Source of the DNA: Podarcis erhardii
Taxonomy: Eukaryota
Strand: one strand, 5' to 3'
NCBI GenBank assembly: GCA_964252035.1
Contig: OZ176207.1
DNA: 64,000 nt
Part shown: positions 1 to 12,409 of the stretch, piece by piece
Numbering within the stretch: position 1 is the first letter of the stretch
Layout of the letters: every line of letters starts with the position of its first letter
The notes under the pieces: generated by a model
What the model was told of the DNA's origin: nothing
Database searches by the model: none
The model's input: the letters and a program-made list of their open reading frames with translations, nothing else
Position numbers and translations under genes: made by a program

Positions 1-129
1 GCAGCAGCTATGTTCTGCTAGCTAAGCAATCCTTTAGCAGATTGCTAATTAATAGAACAGAATGAATCAGCTGATGGGAGCAAATTTATTTAATCAGACA
101 ATTTATATACTGCTTCATCACAATTGTCT

Positions 130-493
130 GCGAGTTTGATACTCAACAATAAACATAAAATTGGAAATGACTTGAAAAGCCCACGGGAACAAAGAGGTCT
201 TCAGTAGGCGGCGGAAGTTTAGCAGGGAGGGAGCCTGTCTAATCTCTACTGAAAGAGAGTTCCATAAAATGGAGCTCACAGTATTGAACATGGCATGGCT
301 CCTTGTGGAGATGATCTGTACATCCGAGCCAGGGGGCCTCACCAACAGTGACTCCGTGAAAAAACTCAGTGATCAAGTAGAGATATAAGGAATCAGGTGA
401 TTCTTAAGGAATTCTGGACCCAAGCTTTTAAGGGCTTTGTAAATTTGTACAACTATCTTGACTCCAACCTGACTGCATATGGGCAGCAAATGG
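130..493 (-). mobile_element. Degraded L2-clade LINE 3' fragment
   Basis: Minus strand from 492 translates HLLPICSQVGVKIVVQIYKALKSLGPEFLKNHLIPYIST, matching the L2 RT C-terminal pattern HWLP..FK.L..TYKAL.GLGP.YL...L.PY also seen at 53529-53867. Confidence 0.7.
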
Positions 494-869
494 TTAGGAG
501 ATCTCTCTCTTGTTGGATAAAATATTCAACAGGTATTTGAAGAGTGTTTGTATATATCGGTTTGTCTCCACACTAGTGGCTGAGTAGAGGAGGGTGTGTG
601 ACTTAGCCACTTCTACCACTGCTGTATCCCCTGATGTATATCTGCTCAATGTTCTCCACACATGAGAAGGAATCTCAGTTGCCAAAGTCCCTCCTCACAT
701 GCAGAATCTCTTCACAAGCATACATAGAGAATACTTTCTTTCTTTTTCCCCAAAGGAATTTAAAATGGATTTTCAACAAAAACACAGTATTCCCCTTCCT
801 CAGAACAGAAGACCAGTTTACCAGATTTTGCCACAAGCTTGTTTGCAAGTTCAGTAGATTCCAGTCATC

Positions 870-1500
870 CGGATGTTCATTTGAATGTCTTATAAAAGGG
901 TACCATATTTCAACAAAATCATCTGCATCATTTGCACAGTTCAAAGCATGCACTCTTTGTTTTTGGTAGGTTTTTAAGATAAGGCCCTTGCCCTTACGTT
1001 CTGTCACCATCATGTGATATGTATGTGTTCAATCCTTTTCAATTTTGTAGCTACCAGGACATAAGGTGATAAGTTCCTTATATTGCAGATTGAGCTGATC
1101 TTCTTTAAATATTGTTGCTAAATTCAGAATTGGAATACACTGTACATACTCTTTCCCAAAATGACTGCACAAGTTAACATGACTACCACATGTGGAATGT
1201 TGCACCAACTGTCTTGCATCCACTCTAGCACCTTGGTGAGGATGTTTTGTCTATAAGCAGCTATATCTTAAAGGTGTTAAATGCCTTCTATAAATTAACT
1301 TCAAAGAATTTTCTCTTAGATTACACTGACCTTAAATGGTATCCCCCCACCCCATATATTGTTCCAATCAGACTTGCCAATTTCAGTGTTTAAGTCTGTT
1401 TCCCATAATTGTTTGACTGATGAGCATTGCCCAATAAACAACTCGTGTATTTTGTAAACGAGATGTCTTTCTGGTGAACATCAAGTTTTCCTTGGGGAAG
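870..1500 (-). mobile_element. Old L1/Tx1-type LINE ORF2 C-terminal relic (frameshifted, stops)
   Basis: Hand translation across frames gives VKQLWETDLNTEIGKSDWNNIW, LRENSLKLIYRRHLTPL, GATFHMW*SC*LVQSFWERV and FVEIWYPFI, colinear with the younger L1 ORF2 at 51846-52620. Confidence 0.7.
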
Positions 1501-4489
1501 TATTTGGGTGATGGGCTGAGTTAACCTACATGGCCCCAGGGAGCCCCTCCACACATTCATTCAATGGGGCTGCATGTACCACTGCCCCACAGAGTCAGAG
1601 AGCTATGAGCTGGTTGAAGAATGGAAACTGCTTGTAGGTATATGTCTTTTCTCTCAGGATCTGATGTGGAATAATAGTTCTGCGGCTTGAATATGTGTGT
1701 TTCTGCTTCCTTGCTTTCCTGATATATTTGTAAATGATGTAAATATACAAAACTGTAATGCACGTCTAGTGCCCTCCATTCAGAAGAAATTGAACCCAAG
1801 CAGTGTTGTGCCAGGACTTCTCATCATTCAGAGATGAGCACATTTTATACAGGGATATCTCTGCATATGGTGCTTTACTGAACGACATAAAGATACTGAA
1901 ACATTCCCTTTCCCATCCAAGTAACTTAAAATTCTACATTTCAGCAGACTAGCTGGCACCTGCAAATTTCCCTGGGTAATGTTTATTTGGGCAGGAAATG
2001 CATATCATAAAAAAGAGAAATCAGTAAGTATGGCATTACATTCAAAATCGGTTCCAGCAGTCTTCCTATTCTTCCAGCTTGCATTCTGTAGCTTCAGCCC
2101 CGTTCTAAAGCTAAACACTGAATATAATCCAAGCATGTTTTTCTTTCTCTTAATTATAACCAATGTTCCTGGCTTCCAGCCATCCATATTATGGTTGCTC
2201 TTTCTATGAGAATATGACATGAAATTAAAGTCTTCTTAAAAAGCAATTCTTGCTGTTTTGGTTACTATTCTGTATTGCCCTTCAAAACATGAACTAAAAA
2301 TAACAACAATTCTCTGACCATTTTCTTCCTGCCTCCCTTTTCTTTTATGACTTGGCTTCATGTAAACTCACTTTTTGTGACTATGATGTTCTTACTATAA
2401 TAATGAATGATCGACTTGTTAAACACTGCAGCACACAAGCTCATTATGTTGGTTATCCAAAGAAGTTTGAACTGGGCCATTTTACTGTGATCTTCTAATA
2501 AAAGGAGGTTTAGGAGGGAGTTAAGCTGATTGTGCAGTCACGAAGAAAATATTAAAAAGTTGAGTCAACGGAAGGCTGGTGATTCTTTGCGCTGGTTAAC
2601 AGAATGCATGGCTAAGCTTTCCCCTGTAGGTTGCTGACTGAAATCCACCAGAGTAAGCGCTTAACAAAAAAAAATTATAGCAATTTTAATTATGGCATAA
2701 AGGAAGGTTAGGTTCATTCATAGGGCATAATATAACCAATAGTACCCTTTGAATATATGTACCTAAAGGGACCCAAGAGCTTTTCCTTTCTTTTTACTGA
2801 CCAAACAACCAACATTAGAATAACAAAAAAATACTGTTTTGGTATCTTGTCTCAGCAGAGTACCTGTTTAGATACCCCCCCCTTATTTGTCTCTTGTTGG
2901 TTATATAATTAAGCATTCCCATATCACCATGCCCTCCTTTTATAGTACATATCCTGCTTTTTGAATGAATTGCATGCTTTCTCAAACCACCACAGTTCAT
3001 CACAATATAATGTATGTCTTCATTTTAGAACACCACAGCACCATGCAGATTCAGACAAGAGGTGTAGGGGGTTTTCTGTTTATGATACACTTTATAATGT
3101 TACCCCAACACTCTCCAACAAGGGATGCCAGCACCATCATTGAAGATCCAAACCTGGAGTTCTTTGGAGTCATCTCACCATTTGAACCAAGCAGGGATAG
3201 AAAAGTGCAAAGGATTATGAAGGTTTAATAAGTGACAGTTATAACAGAAATAACAGAAATTAGAATAAGAAATGACACACAGCCATAAAGGATGCTCAAT
3301 TTATTTAACCAATTACTTTATTTGATTGTGTCAACATTTATATATATTTATGGTTTAGCATTGTTTTATTATCACCCACCTTCTGTTTATCTGCTAGAAA
3401 TGTGGGATATAAGTATTTTAAATGAACAAATAAATAAAACAAACATTTCATCACTCCTATGAAGAGACTGAGAAGTATTCTGCATGGTTCCTAGGCAATT
3501 GGTCTTCCCCAGTCTACCCAACAGAATGGAAAGGATCCTGGATATTCCAAACAAAATTTGATTCTTTCCTTTCAACACCCCTGGTGCATTATGGGAACTT
3601 TACATGTAATGCCAATTAGCTCCAAATCATTGTCAATATTCGGTTCACTGCATTAATTATCTGTCTAAAGAGCAACAAGGCAACCCTATTCCAGAATTTC
3701 TGAAATGAAAACAGTGAGCTAGGTTTCCTTTAAAAAAGAGGGCTTTTGTTTGTTTCCAGATGGAAAAGCAGCACAACAGTAGTCAAGTATTTTACAAGCC
3801 CTGAATACAGCACCTTCACAATTCCTAAGGCTGCATAATTAAGCATATTCTCAAAGCACTTCCTTGGTCGCCTTCAAATGTTTGTAGACTCTTAATAAGA
3901 CAGTCAAAATTGAAATTAACTCTTTTAAGACATATAAGCAGCTAATGTGAAGGTTTCTGTGGGATGAAATTTTAGCAGGATACAAATGCATTTGCATTTT
4001 GCTCATTTGGAAAGAAGGACTGAATAAACACCAGCCTTTATTTAAATGGACGGTGTGCATAGTGGAGTATGCTCTGGTAATTATGTCTGCAGTGCAGAGA
4101 AAAGTGATAGAAAAGAAACAATAAAATTGGTGCTTTAGTTTATCCACAGTGGTAAATAGCATATCACTCAATTCCCTACTTGTATCTCAAAGAGGCCTTT
4201 GCTGAAGGCTGCTACTTATATAAAGTGAGCCTTAGAGTCACCTGGGGATATTGCCTTGCTTGACTAGGTCTAGCTAAGCAAGTGGAGAAGCCAGCTTTAT
4301 GAGGCAAAGATATCAGTCCTGTGTTGCCATGTAACACATGAACAGACCTCTGCACAAACTCAGCATGGTTCAGCAGCAGTTATTCCTGGCTTTATTTTGG
4401 ACCACGGTGGCCATAGCTGAATTTACTAGTGGGTTGTTTTTTTATTTCCCTCAGTGATTAGTAGTCATAATGACTATAACTGGATTGAG

Positions 4490-4632
4490 AGGAAAATGCC
4501 AATGAATCGCTTTTAATGGAAAGTAACAATAGAGGAGGTCTCCTGCTTTCATGCACTAGTTGTGGGCCTCTCAGAAGCCACTGGGAAATAAGACACTGAA
4601 CTTGATGGATCTTTGGTCTGGTCCTTCTTATT
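4490..4632 (-). mobile_element. CR1-type 3' end fragment, degraded
   Basis: Similar to copies at 36430-36600, 55451-56070 and 63350-63530; family assignment from memory. Confidence 0.45.
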
Positions 4633-5395
4633 ATAATCCTTTATTTTGAGAGAAATGTCTGGAGAGTTTAGCAACTGCAGTAGGAAGAAGGTTCTTCAGA
4701 AGCCCATGTGTCTAGAAACTCCTCACACAAATGCTTGAATACTAGATGACGTTCTCTTTGGCAAGTTTTGTACATTTGCCACCCAAGTTAAAAATGGCTT
4801 GTCCTTCCATACTGAGATGGATTCATTTTGTTTCACTGAGATGAAAATAAATTAACTGAAGGAAGTTCATAGAAGGGAAATTTCCCATGCCCCTCTTCAC
4901 ACCCGTCACTTGCCTCTCCCCACAAAAGCCTCTGAGGGGGATCAGAGAGCCCTTCTGAACAATGTGGGTTGAGGTCTCAGAGAACTCTGGAAGAGAGCGG
5001 AGTTCAGTTGGCTATTAGTCTTCATTATCCAAATTTGAAAAACTAATGCAATCTAGTGTGGTTTATACAATGGCTTGGATCCAAAGATTAGTTAAAATAA
5101 GGTCTTAATATGTGATATTTCCTGTTTGCTTCTCACCAGCTCCCTGTTCCTCATCCAGTATTGTTCAGAAGTGCCTCCAACCACATAGAGAGGCTTTTCA
5201 GGGAGAGAGGCGTAGGTGGCTGCAGGGTGCAGGGGGATGAGAAAAATATTGTTCCTATTAACTTTCTTAGGATCAAAGCCATTGTTCTGATCTTGTAAAC
5301 CACACTAGATAACATTAGTTCTTCAGGTTTGGATATCAGGAATTGAGATCCAAATATTGATATTGAATAAAAAGGACACCAAAAATACATAGATG

Positions 5396-5435
5396 TATAC
5401 ATACCATATATACAGTATACATACCATATATACAG
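5396..5435. repeat. Perfect 20-bp tandem duplication (TATACATACCATATATACAG x2)
   Basis: Directly visible at 5396-5415 and 5416-5435. Confidence 0.95.
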
Positions 5436-6439
5436 AGGCACTTGTTACAGAAGACATAGAAATGGTTGTTCATGTTCAAAAAAGAAAAAAAAGGAAGAGA
5501 TGAATTGGCAGAGCTCAGTGAGGGTATTTACACATTCCCTGTTGCTTCAAAACTGAGTTATAAGATGTCTGTTACAAAATTCAAGCTACCATTTTTGTTT
5601 TCTCTAAACACCACAGGCTACAACTGTTTAAATAGAAGTGGAACGAAGCATCTGGAAGAGTCTAATTTTGATTTTATTTTTCTCTGCTATAAAATGGCCG
5701 AATGAACTTTCTGAAATATAAAACAGGACACATAAAAATGACTAGTGTGATGAGACCTTGTATGCCAAGCTGCATCTCTGAGCAAATTGTTATGGCTGGA
5801 TTTAAAACAGAAATGCTGATGGGAATGGAATCTTAATTACACTGTTGCAACTGAGGATGCATTACCAACTACTAACAATTACCCTACAGTGAAGAAAACA
5901 TATAATCTAGTTTGAGCTTTAAAAAGACTACTGCCTTTAATATTTCTTATTTGCATGAATAACAAAATATTTATCCTAGCATAACCTGTGGATAACCTTG
6001 GTACATTACTTCTTGCCAGCATAATGTATGGAACTTTATTTTATTTTATTCAGATTGCCCCCACTCATTGCAAGGGAAAGAGAAAAAAGACTGTATACAG
6101 ATTGCTATTTCTGAGAAGCAGTGGGGAATGAGTTCTCCCTATTTTGTTATCGATCTATCATGCTTCTAGCATCAACAATGTATAAATGTAATAGGAGAGG
6201 ATGGGAAATCTGTGTTAGAGAAAAGGAAGTCTATTTTCTCAGCTTCCCAGTTGCTTCTGCTGCTACTTCATGATCCATATGAGCCAAGGTGTTGGTGAGA
6301 TTGCACATCGCATGTGATGGCATCTCTAATATTCCCTCCTAAAGGAAAACTTGTTCACTCTTTCTATCTCTCTCCCTTTTTTAAAAAATGGTTCATATGT
6401 TTTTTATAGTTCTATCATTTCATATCTTTAAGTTTTACT

Positions 6440-7034
6440 TAAAAAACAACAGCAAATAAACCATCCCACCACTTCACAAAAAGTTCCAAGACTGTTTGGG
6501 AGAGGTGGGGTGAGATATTTGTCATTAGCTCTGCCCAGTAGGGAGGTACCTGTGATGCACACTCCAAAATGTATAAACGTAGACTGGGACAATGCTGACC
6601 CACCTTTTTTGTAGTCTGCAATCTGTGATGAACTTCATAAAAACCATGTGCTTGTCTTTGCTCCTCCTGCTTCCCGCCTCTCCAGGTCCTGGGAGACCAG
6701 GAGGGAGGGCAGCTTGTCTCAGCAGGAGGAAATGACCACCCTTTCTTCTTTAAGACCCTGACTCCCCTCTTCCTCTTGGCTTCCCCCATCCTCCTCTCCT
6801 GTTGCAGCTTCTAGCTCTGATTCCGGACTGCTCTCTGCCGCAGACTACCCACGCTCACTAAACCCTGTTGCCTCTTTAGCTTCCAACACCTCCTGCTCCC
6901 AGTCTGCTCCCTTTTCTCCCTCTGGTCCCGCATCATCATCCCACAACCAATCCCTGGGCTCTGAACCCTCTTCCCTTGAGGGTTCTCCAGCTGGCTCCTC
7001 CCACCATTTCTGTGTGTCCAACTAGTTCATTATA
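6440..7034 (-). mobile_element. Degraded solo LTR (Gypsy-like lacertid family) containing an acidic reading frame
   Basis: The purine-rich minus strand resembles an abundant lizard LTR I recall. One frame reads KWWEEPAGEPSREEGSEPRDWLWDDD... Termini are eroded and no TSD is visible. Confidence 0.55.
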
Positions 7035-7599
7035 CCCTTTCTATGGCATTGAAAATGTGTGTGTGTGTGGGGGGGAAATCTGACTCCTAAATGTAAAAAC
7101 AGCTGCTTTTTCTGGATGGTTGGGAAATACATATTTTGACATTGTTTCTTCACTACTCTGCTGTGAATTTCCTTCCTACACTTATGTAATACAAAACCAA
7201 GGATGTGGATTTTTCTCTGACCAACACAGGAGAGGAAAGCGCCATTCACAGACCGTTTGTGATCCGGGGGCAGTATGGTGCTGCTCATGTCATCATTCAC
7301 CTTCCTTTCGTGATAAGGCCCCATTTATTTTCCCCCAGTTTTTGACATGAAGTGCTGCACAATCCTGGATTCTGGAAGGAAATTTTTCTCTCTCTCATTT
7401 CTTTTTACTTGAAACACTAGAGCAGAAAGTGTTTCTGTGTTTCAATCTCTGGGATGTCACGATGGCTGCTCCGTCCCTTCTCTCTGCCTTTGGAGTGTGA
7501 TTTGGGCCTTTGGGCTCCTATCTTCAACTGGGATAAATTTACTGTATCCTTAGACTGCTCAGAAAAGCATGAGAGCCTGGGCAGACACCATATCCATAT

Positions 7600-8170
7600 T
7601 CACTCTTGAAATCTAGATTACTGCAATGCACTCTGTGCAGGGCTTCCCTTGAGGCTGACCCAGAAGTTGCAGCTCCTGTGGAATAAGGTGATCCAGCTGC
7701 TCACCGGGACAGAAAATCTCCATGATAATGCGCTGCTGTTGAAAAACATGCACTGGCTGCTAGTTAGCTTCCAGGCTACATTCAAGGTGCTGGTACTGTT
7801 GTATAAACCCTACAAAGATCAAGCATCTCATCCCTTATACACCCAACCAATCACTGTGCTTTGTAGGAGAGGGCATCCTGCAGATTCCATCTTTATCAGG
7901 AGGTCTGCCATGCACAGTATGGGGACTGTGGAAGCACCTGCTCTCTGGAATTCCCTCATATTGCATACCAGACAGTTTCTATTGTCATTTTGGTACCTGT
8001 TGAAGACTTTGCTCTTTCAGCAAACCTTCTAAGTGGATTTTTTTTTTTTTAAATCCTAGTTACTATCTCGGTGGGGTTTGAAATTTTATATATATATGCA
8101 ATTGTTTTAGATGTGTTCATTGTGTTGTGAAATTGCTTTGCGACGCCTTGTAGGAAGTGATTCATAGATG
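7600..8170 (+). mobile_element. L2-clade LINE 3' fragment
   Basis: Translates LDYCNALCAGLPLRLTQKLQLLWNKVIQLLTG...MHWLLVSFQATFKVLVLLYKPY (ORF 7649-8032), followed by a typical L2 3' UTR. Confidence 0.85.
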
Positions 8171-8699
8171 AAGCAATAACAACAACAGCAATGACTTGAG
8201 TGTCAAATTAAATCCCTTTCAGCACACTCTACTCGGAAGCAAGTCTCATTGAATTCAATGGTGCTGGCATCGTCTGGGGGTGTGTCATTGGCTCAATAGG
8301 TTGCATGCTTCTTGCAGGGATACATTGACCATGTTGTTATCTCTGCAGATGGCCTACTTCTCTGGGTTGTTCTGAGATTAAAGACAATAACCACCATCCG
8401 ACTGGGGAGGAGGGACCTTCTTTCAGTGTGGAGGGTGGTATTTATTGTGGGTGACTATTCCAAGGTGGGATGCAGTGTTTGTGGGGAGAGGTTCTGCACT
8501 GGGAAGTGTGTGTGGTTGTGTGTGGGGGTGCATGCATAGTTGTGTAGTGTGACGTCTACCATAAGAGTTGAGAAACAAGTTTCCGTATGTGTTCATGGGC
8601 CCCCAAAAGTTGACAAGCCCTCATCTAACCACTCCAATCCATTGTGATACTATGTAACTAAAGGGATAGGGATAGCACAAATAATCCACTATCTGGCTA

Positions 8700-9150
8700 C
8701 CTCTGTGTTCCTGGCAAAAATTTAGCTTCACTTTTGTGTTCAGTCAAACACAACACAGTTTTTCCAGAACTTTCCATAGACTTTAATGGGGCAGGAAAAC
8801 TTTACCACCTTTTGAACCACTGATCAAAACTTCACCAAACTAATGAAATTGTGTGTTCTGCAGCAAAGTCTGAATAAAATACATGACAGGTTCTTGCCAA
8901 AATTGGAATGAAATATATGGAATTTCTTCCCAAAAACTGGAAAAAAATCATCATTTTTTTTGCTGCATCTGTGGCAAATTTCAATTAATCTATTTGAAAT
9001 TTGGAGTATTTGTAGAACTCATCAGGTAGATCATGTGTGCCAAGTTTTAAATTATTTGTGGCAAAGACACCATTCTTATAAGGTACTAAATTTGGAGGTT
9101 TAAAATGATAGAACCTTGTTTTTGCCACTTACCTTCACTATATATAATAA
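8700..9150. mobile_element. Old unclassified interspersed repeat (possibly Helitron-like)
   Basis: Motifs CCATAGACTTTAATGG, TGAAATTTGG and GTGTGCCAAGTTT resemble old vertebrate non-autonomous elements; no termini identified. Confidence 0.25.
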
Positions 9151-9208
9151 CCAGTGTTAGCTGCTATTAGAAATGCCAGGAACATGTTTCTATCTTTATC
9201 TACACTAG

Positions 9209-9222
9209 GCAAATTGCTGCAG
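9209..9222 (+). other. Candidate 14-nt microexon (unidentified gene)
   Basis: TTTCTATCTTTATCTACACTAG|GCAAATTGCTGCAG|GTAAGA: strong acceptor and donor; no homology recognised. Confidence 0.25.
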
Positions 9223-9723
9223 GTAAGAGGATATGGTGACTTTTGTGTGAGTAACATTTCACTCATTTAGATACAGAGAAATGCTGTGAAGAAGAGGGAA
9301 ATCGCAGGGTTAGGGTTTTGTTTCTTTGTTTTTAAAGGTAATTCTCATATCTTTGAACTGAGAACAGTGGGAACACAGTTCAATTACTACATTAGATTAT
9401 GATTTCAGAGAGGGGTTAAAACTGAATGTAATGACTCCTTAGGTGAGAGATTTGGAGCAATTAGAGGTCTGGAGATGTATTGTTATGTAACTAAAAATAT
9501 AATTGCTTTATAAAGCCTGTGCTGCCAAGTCCTTCCTTTTGCTGTGTTGGAAGCCATTTTTCAAATTCTTATTACTCCTCTATGTGGCTTTAATTGACTG
9601 AGGTTTTAAACCTCCGTTCTCTAGTGAGTATTGATGAGGCTTTTAGTTCTGAATTTCAGGAGACTTTAAATATAAGCAAAGAAATGTGGATCTGAAAGAC
9701 TCCATGCCTGAGGAACAGTCAAC

Positions 9724-9852
9724 CCAGGGCAGTCCAGGTGTTATTGGACTACAACTCCCATCATCTGCAGTCAGCATGGCCTATGTCCATGGGTGATGGG
9801 AGTTGTAGTCCAGCAACATCAGGATGGAGGTTACAATGTTTGGCTAACCCTG
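9724..9852. mobile_element. hAT-type (URR1-like) hairpin MITE
   Basis: Internal inverted pair GGACTACAACTCCCATCA / TGATGGGAGTTGTAGTCC; imperfect CAGGG...CCCTG termini. Confidence 0.7.
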
Positions 9853-10220
9853 ATGCTGCAGCTGCACTCAAAAACATGGAAATTCATCACCCACTTTAGC
9901 CAAAGTCTGAGTCTTGAAGTCTTGAGTCAGCAAGCCCACTTTTGAAGTTGAGCATCCTCCCACATTTCCACCACCTAACAGAGGACCACACTGTCAGCTT
10001 TGAATGTGCTGATCAGCTGTTGGATAGAGTCTGATGCCTGTTTCTTCTGCATTGTTCCCTTGCATTGTTCTTGTGCTCCTGGGTGCGAAGTCTCCCTCCT
10101 CCTACTCTTCACTCCCCAGGGGGAGCAGCTGTTACTAGGGTTTTCACACCAGAGACCAAGTCTGGGCAACTTTTTATTTAAAAAACAAGGGGGGAGGTGG
10201 AATTAAGGATCCAACTAATT

Positions 10221-10231
10221 TGCTGAGTCAC
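10221..10231 (-). promoter_or_regulatory. Consensus antioxidant response / NF-E2 (MARE/AP-1) element
   Basis: TGCTGAGTCAC; its reverse complement GTGACTCAGCA is an exact RTGACTCAGCA. Motif match only. Confidence 0.4.
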
Positions 10232-10762
10232 TGCTGTTTGTTAAAAGTGTGCATGTGACTGTCTGAAAGCACAGCACTCAGGTGGTCAGAATTCTGGGTT
10301 TGAGACAGTTAAACTGGAAAGAAGATTGATGAGGATAATAAATCCAGCATAAGGTAGTTCCTGACAAAAGATGAAGCAATCATGTTTAATGGAGCTCTGC
10401 AAGCTATAACAGGACAGAGATTGCAATGACTAACACTTCAAGGCACCAAAGCCTTCTTATGCTAAGCTGTCTCTGGCTCTGAGTCCATCGGTGCTCCTCC
10501 AATGGGTTATGATTTAGTTAGAGCACACTATAAACAAACAAAAAATACACCCCTTTCCCCACAATTGGATTATGGAAGCAGAGCACACATCAGTTGATGC
10601 CTCCACTGTGAGCAGGCTTGCTCTAACAAGGGTGACAAGGGGTTTAGTGTCAAATCCTGATTTTCCAATTTTCTGTGACCAGCGGCAGGCTGAAAATGAT
10701 GCTTTGCCTCATTGTTAGCGGTAACCTTAAGCCTCTCTGTCCTTGAATGAATGCAAAAATGC

Positions 10763-10781
10763 TGACCATTAGAGGGCAGCA
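10763..10781 (+). promoter_or_regulatory. Candidate CTCF site
   Basis: TGACCATTAGAGGGCAGCA aligns with the CTCF core CCASYAGRKGGCRS with one mismatch. Confidence 0.4.
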
Positions 10782-11246
10782 CAGTAACACTTTGCTTTCT
10801 GTTTTGGTTTTTTTAGTCAGCCTTGTCATTGGTTCTGCTTGTTTCCCCCCATCCCTATAGGAAAGAATTCTTGCATTTAGAAGTGGTTCCTCCATGTAGC
10901 TAAAGGGGGGAACATAAAACAAAGCACTGACAACGAGCAATAGGAAGATGAAGATGAAATTCTATGTATTCTTCACCCCCAAATTCCTTGGCTTTCTCAG
11001 CACCTGCTCATCGAATGATAGTTCTCTATCGATCTGTTTGGGCAATACCTTTGGCACTCCAGAATTTAGGGGGTTTAAATAAACAGAAAAATCGTGATGC
11101 TTATGTTCTCAAGCGCAACCATAATGTGAGATTCCAAACCACAGGCAGGAAGTGAAGGGTTGTAGGAGCGGCAAGTTTAAACACAGAAAGAGAAGGAACA
11201 ATGTGTTATAATGGCTAATTGCCTTGCTTCTTTGCCTTAATTATCT

Positions 11247-11306
11247 GGCATCAGTGGCAGGATCCTGGTAAATGAAGGCATCAGTGGCAGGATCCTGGTA
11301 AATGAA
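11247..11306. repeat. Perfect 30-bp tandem duplication
   Basis: GGCATCAGTGGCAGGATCCTGGTAAATGAA at 11247-11276 and 11277-11306. Confidence 0.95.
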
Positions 11307-11346
11307 GAGAGGAAGTAAAATAAAAGGAAAGGAATTGCTCAAATTG

Positions 11347-11810
11347 CATACCTTCCAGCAGTTCTCTTATGAAAACAGGGACATCCTATTCAACAACAAC
11401 AACAATTTTATTTTTTATACCCTGCCCATCTGCTTGGTTTGCCCCATCNNNNNNNNNNNNNNNNNNNNNNNNNNNNNNNNNNNNNNNNNNNNNNNNNNNN
11501 NNNNNNNNNNNNNNNNNNNNNNNNNNNNNNNNNNNNNNNNNNNNNNNNNNNNNNNNNNNNNNNNNNNNNNNNNNNNNNNNNNNNNNNNNNNNNNNNNNTA
11601 TACAGGGCTGCCTTCAGATGTATTCGAAAGGTTGTATAGTTTCTTCTCTCTTTGTCTTGGGGGTCACAAAACTCCATACCTTTCAACATTTCTCTGATGA
11701 AAATAGGAACTGCCTAAGGGAAAGCACGACATTCTGGGATCAAATTAGAAACTGAGACGGCTTCTGTAAATCTGGGACCATCCCTGGAAAACAGGGACAT
11801 TTGGAGAGTC
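11347..11810 (+). mobile_element. MITE-like repeat split by a minus-strand L2 3' end and the assembly gap
   Basis: CATACCTTCCAGCA..GATGAAAA(T/C)AGG-type sequence occurs on both sides of the gap. L2 tail pieces ((AAC)n-TTTATACCCTGCCCATC and TATACAGGGCTGCCTTCAGATG) flank the Ns. A collapsed inverted copy lies at 12367-12409. Confidence 0.5.
11449..11598. other. Assembly gap, 150 N
   Basis: Run of N bases. Confidence 1.
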
Positions 11811-11892
11811 TTGCACTGGTGCAGGGAATGGAAGCAGCAAAGCCTTAGGTTTACATTGAGAGCCAGACAGCTTCCAAGTGACTTTACTGCAC

Positions 11893-12012
11893 TAGAGATG
11901 AGCAATCTGTGGCCCTGAGGATGTTGCTGGACTCCAACTCCCTTCAGCCCCAGCCAGCATGGCCAATAGCTAATAGTCTGGGATGATGGGAATTGAAATT
12001 GTGGGGCTATAG
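11893..12012. mobile_element. hAT-type hairpin MITE, degraded
   Basis: GATGTTGCTGGACTCCAACTCCC...GGGATGATGGGAATTG; same family as 9724-9852. Confidence 0.55.
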
Positions 12013-12050
12013 GCTAGCTAACCTGAGACCTTAGGGTATAAGGCAGTATA

Positions 12051-12140
12051 GAAATGAAATGAAATGAAATGAAATGAAATGAAATGAAATGAAATAAATA
12101 AAATAAAATAAAATAAAATAAAATAAAATAAAATAAAATA
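12051..12140. repeat. Compound pentanucleotide microsatellite (GAAAT)9(AAATA)9
   Basis: Directly visible. Confidence 0.97.
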
Positions 12141-12409
12141 TAAAACAAAAAGGTTGATATGAGAAGGCTGCACTCTGGATCTTGCATTCTTGAGATCATG
12201 TTGCTTGTGAAATGCACATGTCAGAGACTGCACATTAGGAAGCTGACGTAATGAGTATTTCCCCAATAAAGATGTTAAAATCTATTTACCTGTCCTCATT
12301 GGTCTGGGGTGCAGGTTAGTAAATAGATACATGCTGAATTTGCCTGTACTAGGAGAAGTACATCACAGACCCTCCAAGTCCCTATTTTCACTGGAGAAAT
12401 GTTGGAGGG

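Noticed and set aside
494-1223. ORFs 494-685, 675-1013 and 1029-1223 as a hAT transposase (CxxH-like CGSHVNL, dimerisation-like SATSVET)
   Set aside because: Other frames of 870-1500 give clear L1 ORF2 motifs (W..DL, TP, HMW.SC, W.PF), so the hAT resemblance is coincidental.
1505-1890. Possible solo LTR
   Set aside because: The composition is LTR-like and it has a CA end, but I could not define a 5' boundary or TSD.
11302-11755. ORFs of 66-131 aa
   Set aside because: They are open only because they run through the N gap.
12051-12140. CRISPR-like or satellite array
   Set aside because: It is a simple pentanucleotide microsatellite. No repeat-spacer structure exists anywhere in this eukaryotic window.
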